Shown: one piece after another, positions 21,001 through 34,600 of the stretch
Layout of the letters: every line of letters begins with the position of its first letter
How positions within the stretch are numbered: the stretch's first letter is position 1
From: Psilocybe cubensis
Taxonomy: Eukaryota
Assembly: GCA_017499595.2 (NCBI GenBank)
Contig: CM038998.1
Location: forward strand, 2,914,001 to 2,978,000
DNA length: 64,000 nucleotides
Direction of reading: 5' to 3'
Notes under the pieces: generated by a model
What the model saw: only the letters and a program-made list of their open reading frames with translations
Databases searched by the model: none
Told to the model about the DNA's origin: nothing
Position numbers and translations under genes: made by a program

Positions 21001-23988
21001 CTGCTATCGTCTAAAAGAAATGCGCAGGCTTAACCTTTTCGGAACTCATTTCTCGTGCCCCTCCGCGGGAACCAGGTGCTTCTCTCGACCAATGGAGTCT
21101 TAGAAAAACATCGACTTTCAAAGTTGCTGGTCGACACGTGTTAAATTTATGGAGGATTATGCGTTCAGAAAATAATTTAACAAGCTACACCTTCGAAAAC
21201 GTGGCGTTCGAAGTATTGGGGAAACGGTAAATATTTCCATTAAATGCTAAACATCCATTAATCATCGTATGTGAGACAGGGTGCCGAAGTATAGCTACAA
21301 AACTCTTACGGAGTGGTATCAAAGCCCTGTTCCTTCGCATACATCTCTCCTAGTCAACCATTTTTCTATGAGAGCCTATACCAACCTGGAACTTTTGGAA
21401 AGGACGGAAACTGTTACGAAGACCGCGTAAGCCATGGGCACTTTCGTCCCAGTATTTGGCGAAATCAAACTAATTTGACAATTTAGCGAGTTTGCTAGGG
21501 TGTTTGGAGTGGATTTTTTTTCAGTCTTGAGCAGAGGCTCTCAATTCAAAGTAGAGTCATTCATGTTTCGGATAGCCAAACCTGAGAGTTTTGTTTTAAT
21601 TTCACCAAGCAAAACCGATGTGGGTATCATTCTTTATTATACTTCATAATGTTAACCATTGTTATATAATTAGGTCGGTAAACAAAATGCGGCTGAATGC
21701 ATGCCCTTGATTTTGGAGCCGGCCTCCGCATTCTACTCTAGCCCTCTCCTAGTGCTTGATTTTCAATCGCTTTATCCTTCCGTCATGATTGCCTACAACT
21801 ATTGCTATTCAACTTGTCTTGGTCGAATCACCAGCTTCCAGGGTACCTATAAATTTGGTGTGGTAAACAACTTGGATATACCCGCGGAATTGATTGAAAA
21901 ATTACAAGACCATATCAATGGTAACTATCCATCCCACTATATTGACTAGTAGGCGGCTCTAACCTTCTCCTGCATTCAGTGGCTCCTAATGGTATGATGT
22001 ACGTTAAACCCAATGTCAGGAAAGGTCTCCTCGGAAGAATGCTTGTGGAGTTGTTGGATACACGAGTCATGGTGAAGCAGGCCATGAAGCTCGTTGGTGG
22101 CGACAAAGTACGTTGCCTTAATCTTGACGCCGTTACAAGACCCATGTAGATTACTCCCAAACTTCAGGCTCGAAAAAGGATCTTGGACGCCCGTCAATTG
22201 AGTCTGAAGTATATTGCTAACGTTACCTATGGGTATACGAGTGCGTCTTTTTCGGGCAGAATGCCAGCTGTTGAGATCGCCGACAGTATTGTCCAAAGCG
22301 GAAGAGAAACGTTAGAAAAAGTGGGTAGAAAGGTCTATCAATCGCAAAGCAGGAAGTTGAGATATTGTTTTAAAGGCGATCGATATCATTGACGGTACCT
22401 CAAGATGGGGAGCAAAGGTATGCGAATAAACCACTGTCTCATTTTGGATCTGACTTAAACTTCTCGAGCAGGTGGTTTATGGCGATACGGATAGCGTTTT
22501 CGTGTAGGAGATATTGTGTTCATATAGTGCTTCATACTCATGCAGTTTCAGATACCTTCCTGGCAAGACCAAGGAACAAGCATTTGCCATAGGGAATGAA
22601 ATAGCTGAAACGATCACGTCCATGAACCCTGTACCAATAAAACTGAAGTTTGAGAAGGCATCTTGAAACACCTCCATAACACACTCCCGGAAGCTGACTA
22701 TCCTATAGGTTTACCTTCCGTGTGTCCTCATGGCTAAAAAACGTTATGTGGGCTTTAAGTATGAAAATATCGACGACGCCGAGCCAACTTTCGATGCAAA
22801 AGGCATCGAGACAGTCCGACGTGATAGCGTTAATGCTCAACGAAAGATGGTCGAAACATGCTTGAAGTAAGGGGACTAGAAGCATTCCGTTAATTTTTTA
22901 CTCACTTTTACAACTCAGAATTCTGTTTCGAACGCAGGATTTAAGCAAAGTAAAAGATTACTGTTGTCGCTCATGGACAAAATTATTGGAGAACAAGGCA
23001 TCTGTTTACGATTTCATTTTCGCAAAAGAGGTGAAAATGGGGACATACAGGTGGAATCTAGTCCTCTTTCAGAGTCCATCGATGCTCATAGATGTAAACT
23101 CACAGTGATAGAGGGCCCCCTCCACCAGGTGCCGTGGTTGCTGCTCGCAGAATGGTTTTCGATTCAAGTAATGAACCACAATATGGCGACCGAATCCCCT
23201 ACGTTATAGTGCAAAACATGCAACACGGACCCAGATTGGTCGATAAAGCAATGGATCCTTTAGAATTTATGAACCATAGGTATCGTTTCATTTTATTTAC
23301 GATGCCTGAGCGTGAATTTACACCTATTCAACTAGCGAACTCCGTCTCGACGCAATGTACTATATTAACAGGGTTCTCATCCCCCCTTTGGAACGAATAT
23401 TCAACCTTGTTGGTGCGGATGTCAAGCAATGGTTCAACGAAATGCCCAAACACGCTACATTGGAATTGGTTTCGCCTCGAAAGCCCAGAGCTGGGACGAC
23501 ATCACAACCCGAGACGATAGAAAGGATTAACATTGACGCTCATTTTTTTAATAATCAATGCCTTTCCTGCGGAGACCCTGCTGATCAAAGTAGGTTAAAT
23601 TATACTTTGATTTGCAGTTCATGACATGAGGACAACAGGTCTTTGCCACAGTTGTTACTTTTCGACAGAGACAACCATTGCAAACTTAAACTATCGTATC
23701 AGGTCCAGAGAAGAGCGACTGACAAACACTCATCTCATTTGTTCCACTTGCACAGGCTCTGCACCCCCCGAACCAATACATTGCGAATCTTTGGACTGTC
23801 CGTGGTTCTATGCCAGACGTAAATCAGAAGCCGCGATGGAGCTTATTCCCCTGTTTATAAATCTGATTGAAGAAATTGAGGAGAGAGACAAAGAAAGTGA
23901 CAATGGAAGACAAAGCGAAAGTCTAGTTTATGACCTTGAGGAATCTTCGGCTTCAGATTTCTACGTGGAAGATTCAATGGAAGAATAA
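18032..23988 (+). CDS. REV3: DNA polymerase zeta catalytic subunit, multi-exon
   Basis: N-terminal VPVLRIFG...CVHVHQVYPY and KGIHFYGFH; SRGSQFKVES; VLDFQSLYPSVMIAYNYCYSTC; LKYIANVTYGYTSASFSGRMP; YGDTDS; KKRYVG; AKGIETVRRD; C-terminal CysA/CysB clusters (CLSC..CHSC, CSTC..CESLDC). Confidence 0.97.
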
Positions 23989-24138
23989 ATTATATTTCGA
24001 GAGCAGTCTTTGAGGATCGTCCAACTGTAGTTTAGCAAGAACTGCATAGTGGTTACAAGTTTGGCACGACTGAGATTGACGGCACCATGTCATTGAACAT
24101 CTTGATCACCTTAGAAAGAAACAAGATATCAGAGTCCA

Positions 24139-24910
24139 TTATACAGATTGATATGCACCTGGTGCTGCAGGAGCCTCCGCGGATTGGGCAGATTTATGCG
24201 GCACAGACGGAGCAGTGCGAATATTGCGGACAAATGTATCATCATCCACGGTTTGGTAGCCTTCTCTGCCGTTTGAGGTGAAGCCACCGGGCATCGACCA
24301 TACTATGTGACCAGTCAGACGAGAACAAGATGACATTCTAAAGACATTTATACCAGTAGGACCTCCCAAATTGGCAGCACCCAGACCACTGAATTGTCCT
24401 CCACGTTGACGAAGAGCGTTGGCAAAGGCAAAGAACGTGGGCAACTGGTAGATGCGAAGGTTTACAAAGTGCAACATGCAAGGGAGGTAAGTACAACTCA
24501 CTTTGAGTAAGAGGAGAACAACGGTGAGGAATTTGAAGAAACCAGCTTGCTCGTTCTTGATCATCCACACTACGTCAAAGATAGTCGAGACACCAAGGAG
24601 TCCCGTAAACTGTTAAGCAGGTATTTAGTTATTCGGATGGCCCGTGGTGGCATTTTGGTGTGACTAACTGTTTGCAACGACTGAGATCCCTCGGCAGCTT
24701 CTTGAGCATAGCATCCAAAGAGGAATATCGCAAGATTGTAGGGTGGGGTTGCGGCGATGGAAAGAACGAAGGAAAGACCCTGAAGATGATTGGTTTAGGT
24801 GTAACGCATAACGGCTAAATGGGAACCAATGTGGTAATATTTCATGCTGACGAACTCACGGTTCCTGCCAATACAAGTTTGGATGGGTCCAGTGTCTGAA
24901 CAAAGTCCAT
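24139..24910 (-). CDS. Small multi-pass membrane protein (possibly AGTRAP-like), 5 exons
   Basis: MDFVQTLDPSKLVLAGT/...LSFVLSIAATPPYNLAIFLFGCYA.../FTGLLGVSTIFDVVWMI...FLTVVLLLLK/LPTFFAFANALRQRGG.../WSMPGGF...YQTVDD...GAYQSV*. Several hydrophobic segments. The family assignment is by resemblance only. Confidence 0.7.
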
Positions 24911-25114
24911 TGCAGAGGTATAGGAAACGAATGACTACTAGGGTATGACAATTTTTACAAGCGGTGGAGGCAAAGCGCAGTTGGAGTAAGGTACAAGCTG
25001 GTTCAAGTTACTGACACCCAATCCACCTAGAACGGCAATCACGGGCCGTTCCCAAAGATCAACTCTTTTTGCGTCGTTCACTCTACGACTCAACTCCCAA
25101 GTTGATGATTTAAC

Positions 25115-26612
25115 ATGGTTTCCTTCGACACTATTTGGCCAGCAGACAGTCTAGAGTTTTGTCCCGCACCTGGTTTCCAGGACATTTTTGTGTGTGGTAC
25201 CTATAAGCTTCTTGAAGACCCTGCCCAGGCCTTAACTGAACCGAGCGCTGAGGCCAATGGAAAGTCAAAAATCTCTCAAAGTCGGCGAGGGCAATGTCTA
25301 GCGTTCAGAGTAATACCAGAAGCTAAAAACGGTTACTCTTTGTGCGTTTTGGTTTAGTTGTGCACTGATAGATTCTTATATCTTGGCAGCCAACAGGTCC
25401 AATCGTTTGACCTCCCCGCGATTTTGGACATGAAATGGCATGTTATTCTCTCATTATCTGCATGTTGTATATTTACTTTTATACAGGTCTCATGGATCAA
25501 ACGAAGATGGTCCTATACTAGGAATCAGTGATTCAGAAGGACATATCACCCTTCATTCGTGGAGAGAGGTCAAATACCGGCATGGCCAACCCTCCTTCCT
25601 GCAGACATCTTTATGATTCGTTCTTCTGCAGCAATCGTTCAAAAAAATTGCATCGATTCAGTGCGCATCTGAAGACACACTTTGTCTGTCCATGGACTGG
25701 TCAGATCGACGAACGAGTGTAACGTATGTTATAATGGAACCTCTGTGTGTTGTTTTGAATGAAAAATATTCAACTAATTTTTCAGTGGCCATGGTAATTT
25801 GGTGGTCTCGTTGTCGAATGGAAATCTTTGCCTTCTTTCCCCCACCGAAGGATCAAATCTGGAGGTCACAGAAACATGGCATGCCCATGATTATGAACCA
25901 TGGATCGCAGCTTGGAACTATTTTGATACGAATGTAATCTACTCAGGTTCGTCAGATGTTAAGCAACTGACGTCAATGAAATATATTCAACGCGTTCGAT
26001 TTGGTCACCAGGCGGAGATGACCTGAAGTTGAAGGGTTGGGACATCCGACAAGGATTCGCACAACCCGCAGTCGTTAATAAAAGGTGCATGCGGAACTTT
26101 TGTGTGTGGTTATTAATCCCACTAAATTGGATGCCAGGTTTGATGCAGGAGTCACTTCAATACAGAGCCATCCACATATTCAACATCTCCTTGCAGTTGG
26201 AAGGTTTCTATATTTCTCTGGCATTTATGTTCCTTGCTTCTAATGAGCGTATTTCCATACAAACAGTTACAACAATACAGTGCAACTATTCGACGCCCGT
26301 AAATTAACAGCGTCTGTGGCGGAAGTGGATGTTGGAGGAGGAGCGTGGCGAGTCAAGTGGCATCCGTCCGAAACACGCAAACACGATCTCCTTGTGGCGT
26401 GTATGCATGACGGATTCAAGGTCATCCGCTTCGATTCCGCTAGCGATAACGACTGGATTTCTGGACCTTCTCAGATCATCAACCACTTCGATGAACACGA
26501 ATCCATGGCATACGGTGTTGATTGGTCCTACGATGATTCTCTTGCTGGGGAGGAAACATTAGTCGGAGGATGCTCTTTTTATGACCACAAGATGAGCCTG
26601 TGGTCGACTTAA
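25115..26612 (+). CDS. DPH7: Diphthine methyl ester hydrolase (WD40; Dph7/Rrt2/WDR85)
   Basis: PADSLEFCP, VCGTY, ILDMKW, AHDYEPWIAAW, GGDDLKLKGWDIR, VGGGAWRVKWHP, LLVACMHDGF, HESMAYGVDWS, CSFYDH. Confidence 0.93.
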
Positions 26613-26772
26613 GGGGCAGGGGAATCTATTAATTTCAGAGAGAATGTAATCATTATCTGCGGTAATAGAAAATTCGTCTATGATACATGACGGGCTGTAG
26701 TAAAGAAACATCTTGAAAAGAATCCGGGAGAAGACATCAGTAATATAGGGTATAGGGTATACATACGCGCAA

Positions 26773-28900
26773 TCAAATGCGCGGGGTATCAGCACGAAAG
26801 TTTTCATCAACACGAGTGTTAGTGGACATAGACGGCGTAGGCGCTACACTAGGCGTTGAAGGTACACTTGGGTCGCGTCTTTTGCGTTTCCAGAATCCGG
26901 TGCTGGGTCCGTTGGTAACGAACGCCAGCGTCCATCGAGATAAACCTCGCAGAGAATCTGGGCGGTGAGTGGCTGCAGTAAGCAGCGTTGAGATCGAGAG
27001 AACAAAGGCGATGCTACAAATTCCAAGTCAGTAAAATCATTTATCAACTTATATATAACTTTGTAGATATACCGTTCGGCGAATTTGAAACTTTGATTTC
27101 CACTTTTTGTCCATGCATCGGGGAGGATCGCTCTTATAGCTCGTGGAAGGACATACAACGCCATTTCTCCTCGCCTCCTACCATTTTCGATCCATATGCT
27201 GCCACCGCAAGCGAGACATCCAGCAAAAATACAGCCAAGCGGACCGTCCCAAAAGTCGTGCGATATAGATGGGAATAATCGTGCCAGAACAAGCGTCCGG
27301 GTGAAACAGACAGTATACCAATAGAGACCAATGAAAGAAGAAAGGAATGTCGCACTACGAACGGCGCCGAACAAGGATTCGAACAGACGATGTGGCCGCA
27401 GGAGAATTTGTGGCCGGGTCAACAGGACAGGAAGTATGTGGACCTTGAAAAGGGCAAATTAGTTACCATGTCCGCATACAAAGATATTTAAGCAGTTACT
27501 AACAGGGAGGTAAATGGCAAGCGCCTCACTGAAACCCTTGAGCATTCTCAGACTTGCATTGGCTGTGCAGCTTCCTGTAAGTCCCAGGCTGGAACCAACC
27601 CTGCCATGAAGGACTTCACATGGTATACCTCCAACACCTGCTCGCGACTTGACACCCATCTTCTTCCATGCAGCGGTGGCAGCTGGACCCCCATATGCAG
27701 GTATCGAGACTGGGTCACCCCATGAAGCAGGAAGACCCAACTCTCGCGCACTAGCTTGCAGAAGGGAGGCGTGCGCTGGAGAACCGGTGATATATGACCA
27801 AGTTCCTGCTCGTATATACTGTAGGACGTCGACTATGCGACCATCTAAATTCGCAAGGGTGTTAATCCATCTAACATATGATCGAGGAAGCCTATTAGTA
27901 ATGACTGTGTTAGTGAGAATGTTTAACGACAAATTGCATAAATACCTCTGTGGTTCATAGAAAAAGCACCACATGATTCTGATACCGACGATGAGTGAGT
28001 TACACATATTAAAGTGGCAGGGACAACATACCTGGCACTGCATGCCCAAAAGACAAACGCATCTACTTGTGATGTCCATTTCTGGCGAATTCTATTCTCT
28101 CTTTTAATCCTCTCCTTCTCCAATTTTTCTTGCACGAGTTTTGGGTCGGCGGCATTTGATGGATGTTGGCGGTCCAGAGTATCATGGTGCACAGACCTAG
28201 GAATAGGCTTTTGCAATATAAAGGCCTGGACGAGGGAGTCAATGGCGCGAACTATGAGCAGCAATGTGAGGTCGAGAGTGGGCGATGTGCGATTGGCAGT
28301 AGCACGAAGCGCCGGGTGAGCAAGTGTGGATACAATACTGGGACCACTGGCGGTAGCCTCTGCAGCGCGTCGAGCAAGCTGCAAACGGGCCGTTCGCTCC
28401 CTGCCTGCCTGTATGAGGAGAATCCCAACAGACGAAGAAAGAACATAAGACAGAAAGCTCTGCTCGCCGGGCGACAGCGCCAGAATCCATCTCTTCAGGC
28501 GGATCAAGAAGCGCGCTGCGGCGTCGATGGCATGTACGCCTGTCGATGCCGGCGAGGCGTCTTTTGCGTGGAGATCCGTTAGCTTGGAGAAGCGTTGGAT
28601 AGATTGCTTAAGCGCCGCGCCACCGGCGACGCAGAGGGTAAACGCAAACGCCAGACCATCGTGCCCCAGCTCGCGCCGCAGGACGCGTCTGAGCGCAGGG
28701 CCATTGACCGTCTTCTTTGGGGACAGAGCCTGAACTATGAACGGCACGAGGGATGGACCAAGGGAAAGAGAAAGGGCGAGTGCGTATGTGCGCAGGGCAA
28801 TCTGGGCGGGGTGTGTGGGGTCATCTGATAGAGACGGGATGCGGTCGAGCCAGGAGGTGGAGTTGGCAGCGGTGGAAGGCTTTTTTTTGGTGGTGGACAT
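26773..28900 (-). CDS. TMEM135-like integral membrane protein, multi-exon
   Basis: TLDLTLLLIVRA, IMWCFFYEPQRLPRSYVRWI, IPCEVLHG...SC, ALAIYLPVH, GAVRSATFLSSFI, IENGRRRGEMALYVLPRA fit the TMEM135/PMP52 family pattern. Confidence 0.8.
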
Positions 28901-29100
28901 GACAAGACACGTCTGGCAAACTTGCAGTGGGCAGTTGGAGATATCATACCATAACTACAGCACGAACATCCGGGTGGACTCAGGTCGGGTACAAGTCTTA
29001 CTCTTAGGGAACTCGCTTAGGCATGTGATATCATCACCAACACTTGCCTCTCAGGGCAATTCTACTTTCTACATAGATTCAAATAGAAATGTCCCACAAA

Positions 29101-30560
29101 TTACTCCAATGTAGATGTCTTTTCGTTCTGCGGAACAGAACCTTTATCCTTGGGCGTACTTCCAACGGATTCGCCCAATCCACTTGCATAACTCCAGAAA
29201 TCTATCTCTGTGGATCCAAACCCTATCCCAAGTCCCACGTTCAGCTCAGACAAAAGATCTGCCTGCGCCAGTAGTTTAAGAAATTGGACACGCGATTCTG
29301 GAAATATAAAGAGGTGAAGTAGCTCTTGACCCTGAAGACAACAGTTTCAAAGTTAGTCATTTGTACTTTCAGCTAGAAATGAAACACACATGGACACGGA
29401 GCAGCGCAATAACCAGTTCCCTTGGGGCAATAGCAACGTATTCTCGAGAGAGAATATCGGCTGCTGCGATTTCAGAAGGTAGAGGTTCGTCGTCTTCAGT
29501 CCACTGCTTCTCTCGCCTCTTGCCTTTATCATCAGGCTCAAGGAACTTTTGCTTGTGCTCTGGATGATGACATCCAAGCCACAATTTCCATAGTTCGAGT
29601 TTCCGTCCATCACGTCCAAACTGTTTCATAAGCTGGCGACAGCGCAGCCAATCCATAGCCGTGTCGCCCATCCAAACCTCGTCAGGGTCTATTTTGGCCC
29701 ACGCATCTGTCATGTCTGTGCGCTGTGTGAAAACAGAAGGAGGAAACGAAGAGGCAATAGAGTGGCGGTGGCGTCGTTTATCTGAGCTTCTGGAACTGGC
29801 GGCTGTCGATGGTGTCAAAACCGAGATATCGGTGTCGTCTTTCCTTGGCTTTGCTGGACGAACCATGAGACGTATCCAGCGGCGTCTTCTGACCCAGCCG
29901 CCGGCGTTGAAAGAGCCGATTTGTGCACGCCAGTTGTGACGTCTAAACATCCAGTTGTATTCGAAACCATCATGCTGCACTTCGCCAGAGTCAGTGCGCA
30001 TGTCGATCATCCAGCAGCGAGACACCCAGTGCCAATTGCCGTCTGGCAAGGGATAGCTATCCAAGGTGATAGGGGGTTGTTTGGAGCGTTTGAGAGACGC
30101 ACTTGGAAGAGTGAATGGGGAAGGGTCGGAGGGCAGAAGGGACAGACTTGAATAGTATGGTATTGAGAAAATGGTTATGCTGGAAAGACAGCGGTCAAGG
30201 AGAGGAAGATAGATAATGACGAAGAACATACCCTCTTTGGTTCTCATACAAGACTGCCCATTCATATCTATCGGTATAGACGTCCTCGGCGGCAAGAGCT
30301 GTATTGTCTAGATGGATAGGAGTGTTGTCTGTGTCAAAGACTTGGAGGCCTGGAGTGTCCTGGAGGGAGTCATCTGACTGCTGGGGACGAAGACGGGATG
30401 AGGAACGGCGGGAGAAGAGGCGGGAAAAGCGAGATTTCTTGTGGAGTCTCTTTCGTGCCTGGTCAAGGACGTGGGGGTCGTCCTGAAGAAGAGCAAGGGG
30501 AGGCGGGGGAGGAGAGGGAGGACACTGGTCAGAGGGGGAGGCGACTAGAGGGGTATCCAT
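29101..30560 (-). CDS. Dysferlin (DysF/Pex24p-like) domain protein, Spo73/Mug65-like
   Basis: YEWAVLYENQRG, LPDGNWHWVSRCWMIDM, DGFEY and WVRRRRWIRLM are DysF motifs. The last exon reads GQELLHLFIFPESRVQFL...KTSTLE*. Confidence 0.8.
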
Positions 30561-30668
30561 GAGAGATCAGGACATGGTGGTGGTAAGAGTGGCTAAATAA
30601 ACCGTGATCGACCGTGACCGATATGTATATGCCGTGGCTGGGCACATTACGTCATATCAACCAACAAT

Positions 30669-31459
30669 ATGCGCTCTCTCCTCCGCCCACTGCAGTCCCG
30701 GGTGCTTGCCAGCCCCAGAACGGCGTCCCAGTCTGCCCATCGTCGCCTCCAGTCGTCCCTCGCCGCCTGTCCCTCGTGCCATACACCGTTCCGCACCCAC
30801 ATACCCGCATGCACCTCGTGCTGGTCCATCCACCCGCTGCCCCCGAACATGACCCACCATGACCTGCTCGATGTCCCCTACGAGCCCAATCCATTCCATG
30901 TTGACCCTCGCAGACTAAAGGCGCAGTTTAGAAAGGCACAGGCACAGTGTCACCCCGACTCATGGGCCTCTAAATCTCCGGTGTGTAGCCCTGCCCAACT
31001 TGCATGCCTGTCTCTTATTCTCTCCGCAGAAACAGCTTGACCTGGCGCACACCCTTTCTTCGCGGATCAACGAAGCCTACCAGTGTCTCCTGGACCCACT
31101 GGCCCGTGCAGAGTACATCCTGAAGCGCAACGGGGTGGTCATGTCGGAAACGGACCAAACGGACGACATGGAGCTGTTGGAAAAGGTGATGGATGCCAAC
31201 GAGGCTATTGCGATGATGGGACCCGAGGACGCGGACCAGATCAGTGAGCTACGCAGCAAAAACCAAGGTATGTATGGCTTCGTTGCGGGCGAGCAGACAC
31301 TGAGCTATGCGGGCAGACGACATGAAGAGGGTGAGCGACGTGCTAGAGGGGCTTATTAGGGAACAGCGGTGGCAAGAGGCGAAAGGAGAGGCGATCCGAC
31401 TGCGGTATCTGCAGGGCATAGAGCGTTCGTACAGAAAATGGCAGGAGGAGCAGACATAG
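30669..31459 (+). CDS. JAC1: Mitochondrial Fe-S cluster co-chaperone HscB/Jac1 (J-domain), 3 exons
   Basis: Arg/Ser/Leu-rich presequence; CPSC...CTSC module; J-domain with HPD (AQCHPDSW); SSRINEAYQCLLDPLARAEYIL; C-terminal AIRLRYLQGI. Confidence 0.93.
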
Positions 31460-31606
31460 TGGGAGCGGCAATTGCCGGGGAGCAACAAATTTGCAAATAG
31501 TCAGTAGTTGTATGCAGCAGTGTTGGGTCAAGTTAGACGCTAGACACAAGAACGCGATGCTTTTTCGTCATTTTCTTTTTTGAGCCATCACCAGTCACCA
31601 TTTTCT

Positions 31607-34600
31607 ATGAGACTTGCTTTCCTTCTTCGCTCAAGGCGGCGCCTCCTCATGCAACTCGACCCCGCAATAACTCGCCCGACCTCCTCTGACCCTCATCCCC
31701 CAGTCAAGCGTCCCTTTTCCCACCAAGCTGTCCTGCCTCAGCCCAGGGCCTCCTTCCCCACTGCTCCTCCAGCCAAGAAACCCCGCTCTGCTTCTCCCCT
31801 TCATCAAAAATTTATGCCTTCCTTCCCCAACCGCCATCGCCCCTCAGATGCAGGTCCTTCTTCCCAGTCTCGCCGTAAGCCACCCCGCAATCAGCCAAAG
31901 TCAAAGGCCAGGCCTCTTCCCAGCAATCTTCTCGACGGTCCATTCCACGACGAGGATTACATCGAGCGAGAGCACAAAAAATCTCCCATTCCGCTCAAGC
32001 CTGTATACAAGAATACTCCCAAGAGCGCCGTTAACAACTTTTATTCTACTGCCAAAAATCTCATTCCAGAGTATGTCTCCGTGCAGCGCCCAATATTAGT
32101 CGGCGATGAGCTGCAGCAGATTTGGAGGTCAGTCGTTCTGTATCTTTCTACCTATTCAATCCACTTGACCCCATTTGCAGGACAACTGTCACTTTGGACA
32201 TTGAGCCCCAAATAGTGGGCATTGGGGATAGCAAAGATAAGAAACAGTCTACTCATCTTGCAGCTCTCTCTGCGGTGTATCAATTGCAAGAACTTGGAAT
32301 TGTGAGTCCGCCTTTTGCTATTTGTGACACGTACCGTATCTTTATTTTTTTCCCTTAGCTTGACCCTAAAAAGCTCGTACCAGCCCAATCCTCCACCGAG
32401 ACCACATTATCGGATGGGTCTGTTCTTGCCTACTCCCAAGCACGCAGTTTCATGGACTATTACTGCCGCCAGTTCAATTTTGACAGACCCGATATCGAAT
32501 ACCTGGAGACAAAGGGCGCTTGGGAAGCTATCATGACAGTCGGTGGCCGGAGGATTGGTCTTGGTGCCGGTGCAAACAAAAAGACGGCTTTGACGACATG
32601 CTATCTCGACGTTACCAAATATCTCGAAAGCTGTGACCCAGAGCTATGGAAAACATACGTAGAAGCTGCAAAGACCGGCAAAGATCTTGGCATGGGTCCT
32701 AGAGTATCTTTCAATGTCAGCCATGGCCTTGGAGATGCTATCGGAGACGTTTGCTATGATATTAGGAAGACCGCTCTGTATCGTAACAGGCCTTCCCGAG
32801 AAGCTATTGCAGTACCCGAACCAGACCCTAATCGTAATTCAAGGCTAAGACGACCTAATCTCAATGCACTCGAGGCTAGATCAAGACAGCTATGGGACAG
32901 GCGGCAAGCCTACCTTGTAGACAAGAACATGGCAAAGATGCGCCAGACGCGGATGGCACTGCCGGTGTATGGTAAAGCCAAGGAGGTTTTGCAGCATATC
33001 GAGAACAATGAAGTCACTATCTTGATGGCTGCGACCGGTTCAGGCAAAACGACACAAATCCCGCAAATTATCCTGGATGAATACATCGAGCGTCAAGAAG
33101 GATCTTCATGCAATATCATTTGTACTCAACCTCGTCGGCTGGCGGCCATCAGTGTTGCTGATCGGATTGCAAAAGAGAGAGGGGAAGTTTTGGGTCAGTC
33201 GATCGGTTACCAAGTGCGATTCGATGCCAAATTGCCTGAACGTGGTGGTGGCTCTGTTACTTTTTGTACTACCGGTATTTTCTTGAAACGTCTACAGTCG
33301 GCGCTTTCAGGAGGGCGTTCTGATCCTTTAGCGGGGAACTTTGACGATGTCACACACATCATTGTAGATGAAGTACACGAACGAGACATCGACACTGATC
33401 TACTTCTCGTGGTTCTCAAACAACTTATGGCACAAAAGAAGGCGAAGAAACAGTCGTTTAAAATCATCTTGATGAGTGCTACCATCGACCCTACACTTTT
33501 CCAGGAATACTTCAAAGATGAAACTGGCACACCAGCCAAAGTAATCAGCATCCCTGGTCGCTCGTTCCCTGTCACAAAGTATTTCATGGACGATTATCTA
33601 CCAAAGCTGTTGTCAGGGCCCATGAAGTGGATGGCCAACGAAGAAAATGTTGCACAATATATCCACAGGGAACTAGGTCCTGTTGTGGCCAGGCAAATTG
33701 GTGCTTCTCCTCCAAGAAATGAAAGCCGTACAGAGGACATTGAACTTCCGTATCCCCTCATTGCCGCTACTGTCTCTAATGTGTTACAGACTTCAGACGA
33801 CGGCCACGTATTGGTATTCCTCCCTGGTTGGGATGAGATTATTGCTACTCAGAAAGCCTTGCTTTCGCCTCTTGGACCTTTACCAATAAATTTCAACTCG
33901 CAGAAGTACTCTATCCATTTGTTGCATTCGACCATTCCCTTGGCAGAACAACAGGCCATTTTTGAACCACCTCCGCCCGGCGTCCGTCGTGTCATCTTGG
34001 CCACCAACATCGCAGAGACATCCGTTACTATCCCTGACGTCGTCTATGTTATTGATACAGCCAAGGTCAAAGAGCAGCGTTATGATCCCGACAGGCACAT
34101 GTCGTCTCTTGTTTCTGCATGGGTCGGGTCTTCCAATCTGAATCAACGTGCCGGACGCGCTGGTCGACACAGGTCGGGTGAATACTTTGGAATTTTGAGT
34201 AAACAACATGCTGAAGCGCTGCATCCTCATCAAACTGTGGAGATGAAGCGAGTCGATCTGAGTAACGTCGTCATGCACGTGAAAGCGCTGAACTTCCCTG
34301 GAATGTCTGTTGAAGACGTCTTGGCTGCTGCCATCGAACCACCAGATTCTGGGCGGGTCGAGGCTGCGATGAAAAATCTCCAGATGGTTGGTGCTCTCGA
34401 TTCGGGGAAGAATCTGACTTCTCTTGGGCGGGTACTCCTGCAAATTCCCGTGGATGCACAAATGGGTCGTCTAGTTTTGTATGGCAGCTTCTTCCGGTGC
34501 TTGGATCCTGCTCTAACATTGGCAGCTATTTTGACGAATCGGGACCCATTCATGACACCTATGCATTTGAAAGAACAGGCGAGGAAAGCGAAGAACTCGT

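Noticed and set aside
30765-30821. CxxC...CxxC module in JAC1
   Set aside because: A known feature of many HscB/HSC20 proteins, so not novel.
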